From the NCBI GenBank assembly GCA_963707025.1, contig CAVPOM010000011.1, positions 63,164-127,163 on the forward strand: DNA of 64,000 bases. The letters run 5' to 3'. The DNA is from an uncultured Verrucomicrobiae bacterium (GTDB taxonomy: Bacteria > Verrucomicrobiota > Verrucomicrobiia > Limisphaerales > Palsa-1400). Below the pieces are notes generated by a model. It saw only the letters and a list, made by a program, of their open reading frames with translations. It had not been told where the DNA came from and did no database searches. The position numbers and the translations under genes are program-made. Positions 51,268-61,506 of this stretch are shown here, piece by piece (the first letter of the stretch is position 1; the number at the start of each line of letters is the position of its first letter).

Positions 51268-52305
51268 CGACCCGAAATCCGCAGGGATCAGCCCGGCGCG
51301 ATTCCGCGCGCTGACAAAACGCTATGGGCAACTGCGCATCGCGGTGGCAGGTGACTTTTGCCTGGACCGATACCTCGAGATAGATCCAGCCCGAAAGGAG
51401 GTGTCCCTTGAAACCGGACTGCCGGTGCATAACGTCGTGCGCATCCGCTCCCAACCCGGCGCCGCGGGCACCATTGTGAGCAACCTGGCGGCCCTGGGTG
51501 TGGCGGAGATTTTTCCGGTCGGCTTGGCCGGGGACGACGGGGAAGGGTTCGAGCTGAGGCGGGCCCTGGCCGCTGTGCCGGGGGTCCGCGCGGAGGGGTT
51601 CTTCTTGACTGCGGGGAGACGGACGTTTACCTACGCCAAGCCGCTGCTCCTTTCGCCCGGCCAGCCACCGCGGGAGTTGAACCGTTTGGACTGCAAGAAT
51701 TGGAGTCCGACCCGGCCGGCCTGCAACGCCGCCTCCTCGCGGCCCTGCGCAAACTGGCGCCGGGCGTCCATGCCATCATCGTCCTGGATCAAGTGGATTT
51801 GCCGGAAAGCGGCGTCATCGCCCGGCGGGTCCGCCACGGGATCGGCGCCCTGCAAAAGGAACGGCCCGGCCTGTTGGTCATGGCCGACAGCCGGCGCAGC
51901 CTGCAAGGCTGGCCCGCCGTCTGCCTGAAAATGAATCGCGCCGAACTTTCCCGGCTGGCCGGAAAGGCGGGTCTGATTCCGCTTGGCCAAGCCGGCCCCG
52001 CCATCGCGGCTTTGGCGCGGGAGAAAACAAACTGCTGCTTTGTCACACTGGCGGAAAACGGCATGATCGGAGCGGATGCGCAGGGCGCGGTGGAACGGCT
52101 GGCCGCCCTGCCCGTGCGCGGGAAAATAGACCCTGTGGGCGCGGGCGATTGTGTCACCGCCAATCTGACCGCGGCCTTGGCAGCCGGCGCCAGCCTGCGG
52201 GAAGCTCTCCAACTGGCCAACACCGCCGCCTCCGTCGTCGTTCACAAGCTGGGCACGACCGGCACCGCGTCCGTCGCGGAGATCAGGAAGTTAATTTTCG
52301 GCTGA
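51260..52305 (+). CDS. PfkB-family carbohydrate kinase, RfaE/HldA-like (frameshift near 51715)
   Basis: 'VAGDFCLDRY', 'PGAAGTIVSNLAALG', 'KMNRAE', 'VTLAENG', 'DPVGAGD', 'KLGTTGTAS'. Confidence 0.85.
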
Positions 52306-52472
52306 AGATTTATGGGCGGCCCGCATCGCGCCCAGGATTGGGCAAATCTCTCCGCCGCATCATCGGGGTTGGGGCAGCGCAACGTGAGAGGGAATGCCGA
52401 AGCCGGCCCTGTTGTCAGAGGCGGTGCCAGACCACGCTCCCGCGGAGATGAACTTTCCGGGGGCAACCCCAT

Positions 52473-53237
52473 TCAACGTGCTCCGGCCTCTGGTTTTGGA
52501 ACCTCCGGCTTTTGAGACTGGCCTGTCATCGGCACAAAGCGAACCGGCAGGACCGCCTGCCGCTCCAGGCTGCCACCTTGTTTGCGGAGCAGCACCAATT
52601 CCTGGTCCCAGACGGGGCCGACCGGAATAATCATCCGGCCACCGTCTTTGAGTTGCTCGATGAGCGGTGGCGGCACCTTTTCCGGCGCACAGGTGACAAT
52701 AATGGCGTCGAACGGCGCCGCCTCAGGCCAGCCTTGGTAGCCGTCACCGGCGCGCCCATAGACATTGGTGTAACCGAGCCGCTTGAGGCCGGCCGCAGCC
52801 TGCCCGGCCAAGTCTTCGATGATCTCGACCGTATAGACCTTCGCCACCAATTCGGCGAGAATGGCGGCCTGATAACCGGAGCCGGTGCCGATTTCCAGAA
52901 CATGGTCGGCCAGCTTGGGCTCGAGCCGCTCGGTCATGAAGGCGACGACATAGGGTTGCGAGATGGTTTGGTCGTGGCCGATGGGCAGCGCGCGATCCTG
53001 GCAAGCCCGGGAACGCAGGCGGTCCGGCACGAACTCATGGCGCGGCACTTTTCCCATCGCCGCCAGAACCAGGGCGTTGGTGATATTGCGCCCGGGGCCG
53101 GCGAGCTGTTCTGCCACCATGCGTTGCCGGGCGAGGGCAAGGGGATCCTCCGCCCCCGGCGCCAGCCCGGGCCGGGCCGTTTCATCCGCAGTCAAAGCCC
53201 CCAACCACGCCGTCATCAGCAATGCTGGCTTCCTCAT
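52473..53237 (-). CDS. pcm: Protein-L-isoaspartate O-methyltransferase
   Basis: 'VPRHEFV', 'LPIGHDQTISQPYVVA', 'VLEIGTGSGYQAA', 'APFDAIIVT', 'VRFVPM'. Confidence 0.95.
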   Translation of the reverse strand: MRKPALLMTAWLGALTADETARPGLAPGAEDPLALARQRMVAEQLAGPGRNITNALVLAAMGKVPRHEFVPDRLRSRACQDRALPIGHDQTISQPYVVAFMTERLEPKLADHVLEIGTGSGYQAAILAELVAKVYTVEIIEDLAGQAAAGLKRLGYTNVYGRAGDGYQGWPEAAPFDAIIVTCAPEKVPPPLIEQLKDGGRMIIPVGPVWDQELVLLRKQGGSLERQAVLPVRFVPMTGQSQKPEVPKPEAGAR

Positions 53238-53438
53238 GTCCTCAACATAAGTCCGAAATCAGCATCTGTCATGTGCAAGATGCCATGCAAGCCAATCGGG
53301 CCACAAAGCGGCCGGATGGTGCAGTCGTTTCCGGCAGTGGACAACGGAGACTTTGCCGTCGGTCAGAATCGGCAGAGGATTCTCCCCGCTTGTCTCCACC
53401 AACTTTGCCGGGCGGAGCCCATGAGGGCTTCCTGCGGT

Positions 53439-56400
53439 TTACGGCGGAATCAAAGCGTAGAACCGGGCTCCGATGCCAGTGTTGATCGTGATGGTGTAGT
53501 TGGTGCCGTTGACGGTCATACCGCTCACAGGCGTCCATGCGATTGGTGAGGCCAGGCTTGAGGTCTGGTTCAACGCAAAGCCGGCGGCATTGGTCGGCCA
53601 GGAAAGAGTCATGCTCGACGGGCTGGCCACGAGGTTCAACGAGGGGCCTGTCACTGTGAGCGCGCCCTTGGCCAGGACACCCGCGGCATCCGCTTGTGAG
53701 CCGCTGGCCGAGGGTGTGACGGTCACCGCCAAACCATTTGCCGTGTTGGCGCTGGTGACATTGTAGAATCCGTTCGGCACGCAACCGGTGATGAAGTGCT
53801 GGTTGACGTTCGCCGGCACGGTGTAAGTGGTTCCGTTAAACGGCGCCGTGGCGTCCACAATAAAAAGCACCGCGGTCGTTCCGACCACCACGCCTTCCAT
53901 GGGTGTGCCAGCCGTGCTTTGAACCAGGGTGGCCCCATCCGGTTGGACACCGGCATCCGCACCTTGAAGAACATGCAGGAACCGCGCGTCGGCCGGATGA
54001 TTCGTGTCCTGGATGACCATGCGGTACTGGCAGGGTTCGAGGTCCGCGACGGTGGTGAGCGCGCCGTTAATCGAGATGGGAGTGAACGTGGCGCCGGCCG
54101 GCAGGAGCGAGGTGATGTAGAGGTTCTGGCCGCCGGGAGTGGTGGTGGTGATGACATTGCCGTTCTTGGCGGGCAAGGTTGGAAACGATAGATTGAATTG
54201 TTTGAGCAGGCCGGCCGTATGCGAGGTGGCCCGGTCATAAACGACGATGTGGTCGGGCTTGAGCCATAAAATCGAGCGGCTGGCCTCCAGGATGTCCAGC
54301 GCGGCATCGGGCGGACTCCAAAAATCCGGGCGGTTGTAGAGCTGGGTGGTGTCGCCGAAGGCATAGTCGTAATTGCTCTGCACGCTGGCGCAGGTGGCGG
54401 GGTCGCCGTTATTGATGGCCAGCGGCCATTGGGAGCCGTTGGTCCAGAAGGTAATTTCCCATTCGATGCCGCCGGGCGTGCCGTTGGCGCACCGGTTTTG
54501 CAACGTCAGGGTGTTGTGGTAATCGGAGGATTGGCCGTTGTCGTTGTTGTCGTAGTTGGCGACTCCCTTGGTCAGCCATTCGCCTTTGCGGTAGAACTCG
54601 AATTGGTTGGCGTCGCCTTGCTGGTGGTTGATGGATTCCCAACTGCAACGGAAGTCGAACAAGGTGGCGTTGGGTGTCCAGTCGGTGCGATCCACCAGTC
54701 GGCCCTGGCCGGGGTCATAGAACGCGGTCGCATAATTGGGGCGCGGGTCGGTCGTGGTGGCCGCGGGATCCAGCAGCAGGAACAGAAAGATGGAGTCCTG
54801 GACTCCCCAAGTCCACGGATCCTGGACCCGGCTCAGGAGACTGGGCGCGCCGCCCTCGACGGCATTGATGGCAAACCAGCGCTCCGCGTTCAGCCGCGAC
54901 AGATCGTTGTTTTGGCGGTCCAGCAGGCTGAGCACACCGAACACCGACACCATGTCGGGCGTGGCATACATGCGGAGGATGTCCCCGTAACTGGCGAATT
55001 CATAGACCAGGCCGAGGTAACTCTCGCCAGGAGGTATCTGTTGGACGGGCACAAGCGAGGAAAGGAAGCCGGTGACAAACCGGGACCAGACCGGAGCGTT
55101 GTTCGCCAGCGCGACCTGCGGGCCGGAGATCGCCGGATCGGCAAAGCCGGCCGTCTTGAGCGCGAGCAATTCCCCGACGATGGAGCGGACCGAATCACCG
55201 TAAAGCATGCCCTCGGGCGGAAGCCCGCCGCTGGCCAGGCCCACCGACGCGGTGGGGGGCAGGCCGTAAGCATTTTCCACAACGTCCGGGTCGCCGAACA
55301 TGGCGAACTGCTGGTAGAGCCACGCCCCGGTGGCGTCGAGGATGTAGCTGCGGAGCGAGTTGCCCAGCAGGGCCGGCGGCGAATTGGTGTCCAGAGAAGG
55401 ATCGTCGGCCGGATCAATGGCGAGGGACATCAGGGTCATCAGGCGCGCGTGCGCTTGATAATAATTGTTCGCCGCCATCCGGTAGGCGTTGCCGCCGGGA
55501 AGGAGGACGGGATTGTTCATGACGCCGACGGCCGGGGGACTGTCGCCACCGGTGGTGGAAGCCGTCAGGCACTGGCCGGCCCAGATCAAAAACACATTGC
55601 GGATGGTGGCCTTGTCCTGGGCTGAGAAGATGAGCTGGCCGGAGGCATTGGTGGCGTTGTAGAGCCAGTCCAGCGTGAGGGGCCAGCTTTCTGAGCTGAA
55701 GCTGGCGCGGTTGTAGATGGGAAAAGTGGGATCACGGAAGGGCGCGCCGGCCAAGGGTCCTTGGGCGGCCTGGTTCATCGCATACATCATCAGGTCATGC
55801 GCGTACTGCGCGTACTGGAGGCGGGCCGCCGGGTTGGGATCAATCAGCGCGTTCAGCGCAAACACCATCATGTATTGCTCGCTCAAAAGGCCGGTGTAAC
55901 CCTGCGAATCGCCGAAATCGGGATACACCGGATTCGGCGCGCCGCCGGGAAAGAATTGGGTTTGGTAGTCGCTCACGCATTGTTCCAGCAACGGCACCAG
56001 GCCCTGCTGGTAGATCGGATTGGTCGCAACGGCCCAACTTTGCAAGCGGGGCAAATCGGCGGGGGTGATCCACAGTCGCGGATGTCCCGTGACGGGCTGC
56101 GGCACGTTGGTGACGGCGGGCGGGGCGAATCCGTAATGGGCCGTCATGGTGACATTGTTGGAGGGCATGACCAACGTGGTGTTCGCCGCGGTTGGATTGG
56201 CGACCACTGCGCCGGACCAACTGCCGAACACCTCGCCCGCCGGTGCGGCGTCGGCCGTGATGGAGACGGTGGTGTTGGCCGTGAAATTGCCGCTGCCGGA
56301 GCCGTTGACAACCACCAGAACATACGTCGGCGCCGGCAGCCCGTAATTGGCGGTCACCGTGGTGGGGGCCGCGGGCATGATCAGGGTCGTGTTGGGCGAT

Positions 56401-57197
56401 TGTGGATTGGCCACCGCTGCCCCGGTCCAATTCACAAAGAGCTGGCCGGCGGGAGCGGCGTCGGCCGTGATGGGGACGCTGGTGTTGGCGGGAAAGGAGC
56501 CGCCGCCCGTGCCGTTGACCACGGTGAGCGGGTAACTCGGCGGCGCGGCGCCATAGACCGCCGTCACAGTCACGTTGCTGGCCGGCATGACGAGACTGGT
56601 GGACGCTGCCAGCGGATTGGCCACGGCCGCCCCGGTCCAATTATCAAAGACTTCACCCGCGGGAGCGGCGTTGGCCGCAATACCCACAGTCGTGTTGGTC
56701 AGATACAAGCCACCCCCGGAGCCATTTGACACCGTCAGCGTAAAGTAAGTGTTCGGAGCGGGCACTACCGTTATGACGAGGCTGGCGGCGGCGGTGTTGG
56801 AGGCCGCGTCAGTGACGACGATGTAAACCTCGAAAGGATAACTGAAAACCCAGGAACCCGAGGCAGTTGGCATCCCGGCGATTTGTCCATTAGTGGGATT
56901 GAGTGCCAAAAGGCTCGGCAGCCCGCCTGATTGTATGGCCCAAGTGTAAGGAGCAGCGCCCCCGGTGGCGGCCAGCGTTTGCAAGTAGGCAGTGCCAACA
57001 ACGGCGTTTGAAAGCGCCCCGGTCGTGATCGTCAGCGGCGCCGCGGCCAGGGATTTGGCGAGCAGCAGAAGGGCGAGCAGGAATGGGCCGCGAACGCTTG
57101 TCAGACCAAGCCGCCCCGCGACGCCGGGATGCCTGCCGCGTTCGGGTTCATGGGAATTTGCGCTCTGCCGCATGATCTGTGGGTAATTCAAGCCCAT
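53439..57197 (-). CDS. Large secreted protein: putative Ig domain, three ~70-aa repeats, heparinase II/III-like lyase-type core, C-terminal RFY-L domain
   Basis: 'TGGAAPYTW...GLP' Ig domain. Three YxLTVxNGxGxG...AAPAG..F..WxGAxVANP repeats. 'HPRLW', 'RTDW', 'NHQQGDANQFEFYRKGEWL', 'YHNT', 'VVYDR'. Confidence 0.7.
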   Translation of the reverse strand: MGLNYPQIMRQSANSHEPERGRHPGVAGRLGLTSVRGPFLLALLLLAKSLAAAPLTITTGALSNAVVGTAYLQTLAATGGAAPYTWAIQSGGLPSLLALNPTNGQIAGMPTASGSWVFSYPFEVYIVVTDAASNTAAASLVITVVPAPNTYFTLTVSNGSGGGLYLTNTTVGIAANAAPAGEVFDNWTGAAVANPLAASTSLVMPASNVTVTAVYGAAPPSYPLTVVNGTGGGSFPANTSVPITADAAPAGQLFVNWTGAAVANPQSPNTTLIMPAAPTTVTANYGLPAPTYVLVVVNGSGSGNFTANTTVSITADAAPAGEVFGSWSGAVVANPTAANTTLVMPSNNVTMTAHYGFAPPAVTNVPQPVTGHPRLWITPADLPRLQSWAVATNPIYQQGLVPLLEQCVSDYQTQFFPGGAPNPVYPDFGDSQGYTGLLSEQYMMVFALNALIDPNPAARLQYAQYAHDLMMYAMNQAAQGPLAGAPFRDPTFPIYNRASFSSESWPLTLDWLYNATNASGQLIFSAQDKATIRNVFLIWAGQCLTASTTGGDSPPAVGVMNNPVLLPGGNAYRMAANNYYQAHARLMTLMSLAIDPADDPSLDTNSPPALLGNSLRSYILDATGAWLYQQFAMFGDPDVVENAYGLPPTASVGLASGGLPPEGMLYGDSVRSIVGELLALKTAGFADPAISGPQVALANNAPVWSRFVTGFLSSLVPVQQIPPGESYLGLVYEFASYGDILRMYATPDMVSVFGVLSLLDRQNNDLSRLNAERWFAINAVEGGAPSLLSRVQDPWTWGVQDSIFLFLLLDPAATTTDPRPNYATAFYDPGQGRLVDRTDWTPNATLFDFRCSWESINHQQGDANQFEFYRKGEWLTKGVANYDNNDNGQSSDYHNTLTLQNRCANGTPGGIEWEITFWTNGSQWPLAINNGDPATCASVQSNYDYAFGDTTQLYNRPDFWSPPDAALDILEASRSILWLKPDHIVVYDRATSHTAGLLKQFNLSFPTLPAKNGNVITTTTPGGQNLYITSLLPAGATFTPISINGALTTVADLEPCQYRMVIQDTNHPADARFLHVLQGADAGVQPDGATLVQSTAGTPMEGVVVGTTAVLFIVDATAPFNGTTYTVPANVNQHFITGCVPNGFYNVTSANTANGLAVTVTPSASGSQADAAGVLAKGALTVTGPSLNLVASPSSMTLSWPTNAAGFALNQTSSLASPIAWTPVSGMTVNGTNYTITINTGIGARFYALIPP

Positions 57198-57321
57198 TCA
57201 GGTCGCTCCTTAATTTGAAACTGTTTCATTTTTTGTCCAGGTTGGCACTGTTTTTGCCGGTGCCACTTAGCCGGATTCTTAATTCGTGCGCATTTCGCAA
57301 ACGACATTGAGACTCTTGGTT

Positions 57322-57338
57322 AGCACGAGACGTGCCAA
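57322..57338 (-). promoter_or_regulatory. Putative sigma54 (-24/-12) promoter of the 1252-aa gene
   Basis: Minus strand TTGGCACG-TCTC-GTGCT (GG-N10-GC), about 125 nt upstream of the start. Confidence 0.5.
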
Positions 57339-57684
57339 TCATTGCTTGCCTGCTTCTTTGGCCGGGTACGCGATCCCCACTTGCACCGCCCCCTGTTCAG
57401 AGTCCACCGGCGGCAGTTTCAGTATCGTGGTGAGCTGGTCAGTCTTCCATGAAGGCAAGGGCAAACCGGAGCGCGGCGCACTGATTCCGACCCTGGATGA
57501 TTCTGAGCTTCGTCCTTCGTGCGGAGACTGGTTTGTTTGCGGGTGGTCACTCTGTTGCGGAACCGCTTGCTCATGGAGGTATTGTGGCCTGGTTGGTGCC
57601 GGAAAACGAGAATTTTCCTGCTCCCATCTCCTCAGATTACCCCGCCTGCTCTTGCTCAACAATGCGTTTCAAGGGAGCGGCGAA

Positions 57685-58552
57685 TTAGTTGGCCGGAATC
57701 ATGTCCGCTTCCGGCCAGCCGTCCGCGTTCCAGTGGAGCGGCATGAGGGCCAGGGTGGTGGCCCCGCCCCGTCCGCCGTCGTATTCAAAGTGGCAACTCA
57801 ACCAGTTTGTGCCCTTGTCCACTATAATCCCAGCGTGCCCCGGTCCAATCATCTGCCCCCTCGCGCCCAAAAACAGGCTGCCGCCTCCTGCCAGCATGTC
57901 CACTCCATTCTTGTCCAGATAAGGCCCCGTAACCTTGTGGCTCCTTCCCACCCTGATGTTGTAGGTGCTCTTCGCCCCTTGGAGGCACGACCCCCAATTC
58001 ACAAACAAATAGTAATCGCCTCCCCGCTGGTAAAGGTAGGACGCCTCAATGGAGCTGTTATGAGCCAGGGACGTGACTGGGGAATCCGGGGCGATGCGCT
58101 TGCCAGTCTGCGGATCCAGTTGGATCAATTTAATGCCGCTCCAGTACGAACCGAAAGACAGCCAAAGACTCCCATCAGCGTCATGGAATATGGCCGGGTC
58201 AATCGTGTTGAAATCATTGCTCGCGCGGGACTGAACAACCATGCCCTGGTCTGTCCACCGAGAGCCTGGATCGTTCGAGTCCAGGGTGGGGTTTGTCGCC
58301 AGGCCGATGGCGGAGGTGTTCTTGCCGAGACTGGAAGCTGAGTAATAAAGCAAATACCGGTCCCCCAGGTGAATAATGTCCGGCGCCCAATAAGTGCCGC
58401 GATTCTCCGGCACGGCTTGGGCAATCCAATCCGGCGCATTGGTGAATACGCGCGGTCCCCGCTCCCATTTCACCAGGTCTTTTGAATGATACGACATCAC
58501 ACCGCGACCTGTATGAAAAACCCAGAACTCGTCCTTGCATTTGATGATGGTG
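57685..58552 (-). pseudogene. GH43 endo-1,5-alpha-L-arabinanase, 5'-truncated by IS3 copy 2
   Basis: The frame reads TIIKCKDEFWVFHTGRG directly from the IS end. 'WAPDI', 'NTIDPA', 'SFGSYWSGI', 'IEASY' and 'GPGH' are present, but the signal peptide and the HDP motif are missing. Confidence 0.85.
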
Positions 58553-58789
58553 TGAGGTGGACCCCATCCTTTAGACCACGGAGCGCATGAAATAAGCGCG
58601 ACTTTTGCCGATTGCTGTCATTACTAATTGTAGTTGACTACTGTTCATTCCGTGTTTCAAAACCCTTTCGAAAGAGAGAACGAGCGATGCGGAGCACTGC
58701 CCGTCCTCCCTCTCCGTTTTCTTAGGGTTCTCAACTCTACCGCCGCAGGCGGTCTGATTTCAAGCCTTTTCCTGCCGCCTGCCTCTCTG

Positions 58790-59677
58790 TCAAGTGCTGC
58801 GATCGCTCCTGCCTCTGGCAGGTTGCATCGCTTCCCATTTGGCCGGTTGGGCTCCATGCGTGCCGGGATCAAAATACGCGTCCGCCGGCGTCGCATAGCC
58901 CAACGCCTGGTGCGGTCGTTCCCGGTTGTAGCCGTCAAACCACCGGCCCAGTCCGCGCCCTGCCGCCAACCCGTCGCCATAGTCTTGCAAATAAATGTCC
59001 TCATACTTGGCGCTCCGCCACAGCCGCTCGATAAACCGGTTGTCCATCCAGCGACCCCGTCCGTCCATGCTCACGTCCACCCCCGCCGATTCCACCGCAT
59101 CGATAAACATCGGGGAGGTGAACTGCGATCCCTGGTCGGTATTGGAAATCAACGGCGCCTGACGCCCCGCCCGCAACGCCGCCTCCCAAGCGTCCACACA
59201 AAAGTCCGCCTCCAACGTGTTGCTCAAGCGCCATCCCAGCACGTAACGACTCCACCAGATCCATCACCGCCACCAAATACATAAACCCAGTTGCCATAGG
59301 CACATACGTAATGTCCGAACACCAAACCTGATCCGGTCCCGTCACTGCCAAATTGCGTAACAGATACGGATAAATCTGGTGCCCCATCTCCCGCAGACTC
59401 GTCTTGGGCTTGGCGTAAATCGCCTCGATCCCCATCAACCGCAGCAGCCGCACCACCCGTTTGCGATTGATGGTCAAACCCTCCCGGCGCAACAGCACGG
59501 TCAGTTTGCGGCTGCCATAAACCGGGTGGTCCAAATGCATCTGGTCCAACCGCCGCATCAGCGCCAGGTTCTCCTCTGTCTCCGGACAGCACTGGTAATA
59601 ATAACTGCCACGGCACACCGCCAGCAGCTCGCACTGGCGCCGCACGCTGAGCTGCGGATCGGGAGCGATTAAACATG
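58790..59677 (-). pseudogene. IS3 OrfB of copy 2 (detached from OrfA; +1 indel near 59258)
   Basis: Same protein as copy 1, split into ORFs 59001-59645 and 58790-59242. Confidence 0.9.
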
Positions 59678-59686
59678 TTAAAGCCC

Positions 59687-61137
59687 CACACCCGTCTCAT
59701 AAGGGGAAAAGTCTGGTGCTGACCTGTTCATTTGCAAGGGTTTAATTGGTCTTCGGGGTAAAATGAGATTTTGATTTTTCCGAGTTTGGCTTTTGGGTTT
59801 GGTATGCGCCTGTTTGGGCGCGTGTGCTGTCCCATAGCTTTATTGGAAGCCGGGGAAATACGCCTGCTCGGGCCGCGCCAAGTGGCGAAAGCTGCCGCCT
59901 GCTGTCCCATAGCACGCCAGCAAATTGAGCAGATCATATTTCTCCCAGAGCGCCGCCCGCAAAATCGTGAACAGCCGGGTGAAGCTGTGCGCCCAGTTGG
60001 AGAGGTGACTGAGGTAGCGCAACAGCACGTAGGTCAACAGCGCCGTCCACACCTGCCAGCGCACGGCGTTGGCGTTGTGGCCCAGAAAATCCGCCAACTG
60101 CAAGGTCTGCTTGATTTGTTTGAAGAAGACTTCGATCTGCCAGCGGCAGCGGTAAAGGTCGGCCACGCTGCGCGGACTCCACTCCAGGTTGTTGGTCAGG
60201 AAGGTCATTTCCCGTTCCTCTCCATCAATCTCGACCAGCGCCACCACCCGGCGCATCAACTCCGGCGCGGGTTTGTTCTCGTTGCTCAGGACGATCACTT
60301 CGTCGCGCAAAATCTTCGGGTCTCTGGAGGCGGGCATTTTCCGCACCACCTCATAGCCCATGTTCTCCTTGGCCCGCGTCACCCAAAAGACCCCGCGCCC
60401 GTCCAAATCCCGCAAGTGGCCGAAGTCCACATAACCCTTGTCGAACAAGGCGATTTCGCCGCTCTTCAAGTCGGCGCACAGTTCCCGCGCCCGTCGGTTG
60501 TCGTGCTCGGCGGCAGTGTCCACAATGACAAAACCGGGCAAAAGATTCTGCAGATTCAACCGCATATGGGTTTTGGCGGCGGCCTTGCGCCGGCGGTGCT
60601 TGGCCCAGTCCAGGCAGTTGGCCACCAGTTCCATGGTCGTGCTATCAATCACATGGATGGGCATCTTGAAACGGAAGGCGGGGCCACGGCGCTGGCCCGC
60701 GGCAAAGCCGGGCGTCTGTGCTTTCAAATGCTCCAGGACCCGCCAGAAGAGTTGTTCGGCCATCTGGGCCGGACGCTCCCGGTTGGCGTGGGAGAGGCCG
60801 TTGCGGCTGGGGGCGCTGGCGCCGCGCAAAGTGGACAGCGGCCCGGAATGCAATTGCAGCGAGTCGCACAGATCGTTGAGTCCGATGCAATGGGTGAGTT
60901 GCGCGTCCAGCAAACTGACCGTGTGACTCCACGGACTGAAGGTGCGCGACTTATCCAGAGCCCCGGTCTCCCGCGCTATTTTGGAGACTTCATGCGCAGG
61001 AATGAGATTGCAAATCTGGCGCAAAACGTTAAACCGGGACCGTGTCGGTTTGATTTTTTTGTTTTTCATGCCTGCCTTGTGGCAGGTTCAAATGGTCAAG
61101 CCAACACTTTTTTCCAATTTCCTGTGGGATGGCTGTG
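59687..61137 (-). mobile_element. IS4-family insertion sequence, copy 1 (1451 bp)
   Basis: Imperfect IRs CACAGCCATCCCACAG / CACACCCGTCTCATAA. 9-bp target duplication TTAAAGCCC at 59678-86 and 61138-46. Confidence 0.93.
59840..61069 (-). CDS. IS4-family transposase (DUF4372 + DDE_Tnp_1)
   Basis: 'IDSTT', 'FDKGY', 'FLTNN', YREK-type 'YRCRWQIEVFFKQIKQ', 'NAVRWQVW'. Confidence 0.95.
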   Translation of the reverse strand: MKNKKIKPTRSRFNVLRQICNLIPAHEVSKIARETGALDKSRTFSPWSHTVSLLDAQLTHCIGLNDLCDSLQLHSGPLSTLRGASAPSRNGLSHANRERPAQMAEQLFWRVLEHLKAQTPGFAAGQRRGPAFRFKMPIHVIDSTTMELVANCLDWAKHRRRKAAAKTHMRLNLQNLLPGFVIVDTAAEHDNRRARELCADLKSGEIALFDKGYVDFGHLRDLDGRGVFWVTRAKENMGYEVVRKMPASRDPKILRDEVIVLSNENKPAPELMRRVVALVEIDGEEREMTFLTNNLEWSPRSVADLYRCRWQIEVFFKQIKQTLQLADFLGHNANAVRWQVWTALLTYVLLRYLSHLSNWAHSFTRLFTILRAALWEKYDLLNLLACYGTAGGSFRHLARPEQAYFPGFQ

Positions 61138-61428
61138 TTAAAGCCCCAGTTGCCTGGACTTTTTTTTAAGCCAGTCCAAGTCCACCGTCAGTTGGCCAAT
61201 CTTCTCATGCAGTTGGGCAATCAACTGTTCCTGATCCTCCGTGCGGGGTTGCCCGGGCTCAAACAATTCGGGCATGTGATCCCGAATCGTCGCCCGCCAC
61301 TGCGTGACCTGCGCCGGATGCACCGCATACTCTCGCGCCAATTGCGCGACCGTCTTCAGCCCCACCAGGGCTTCGAATCCCACTTTGGCCTTGAAGGCCG
61401 CACTGTGTCTTTTCCGTTTTGCTTTCAT
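61138..61428 (-). CDS. IS3 OrfA of copy 2 (intact)
   Basis: Identical to 12122-12412. Confidence 0.93.
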   Translation of the reverse strand: MKAKRKRHSAAFKAKVGFEALVGLKTVAQLAREYAVHPAQVTQWRATIRDHMPELFEPGQPRTEDQEQLIAQLHEKIGQLTVDLDWLKKKSRQLGL

Positions 61429-61506
61429 AAGTCTGCTCTTTCTTATCTACAGCAAACCGGCAAAAATCGAAACTTACCTGTGGTCTAAAAATAGGGGTCC
61501 AGCTCA

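Larger units (their letters stand above)
58553..61506 (-). mobile_element. IS3-family copy 2 (inverted), interrupted by IS4; no target duplication
   Basis: Nearly identical to 12044-13537, including both IRs. Flanks GGTG and ACAT do not match. Confidence 0.95.

Noticed and set aside
57286..58341. 351-aa plus-strand ORF downstream of a sigma54-like motif
   Set aside because: Mostly antisense to GH43 with no protein motifs.
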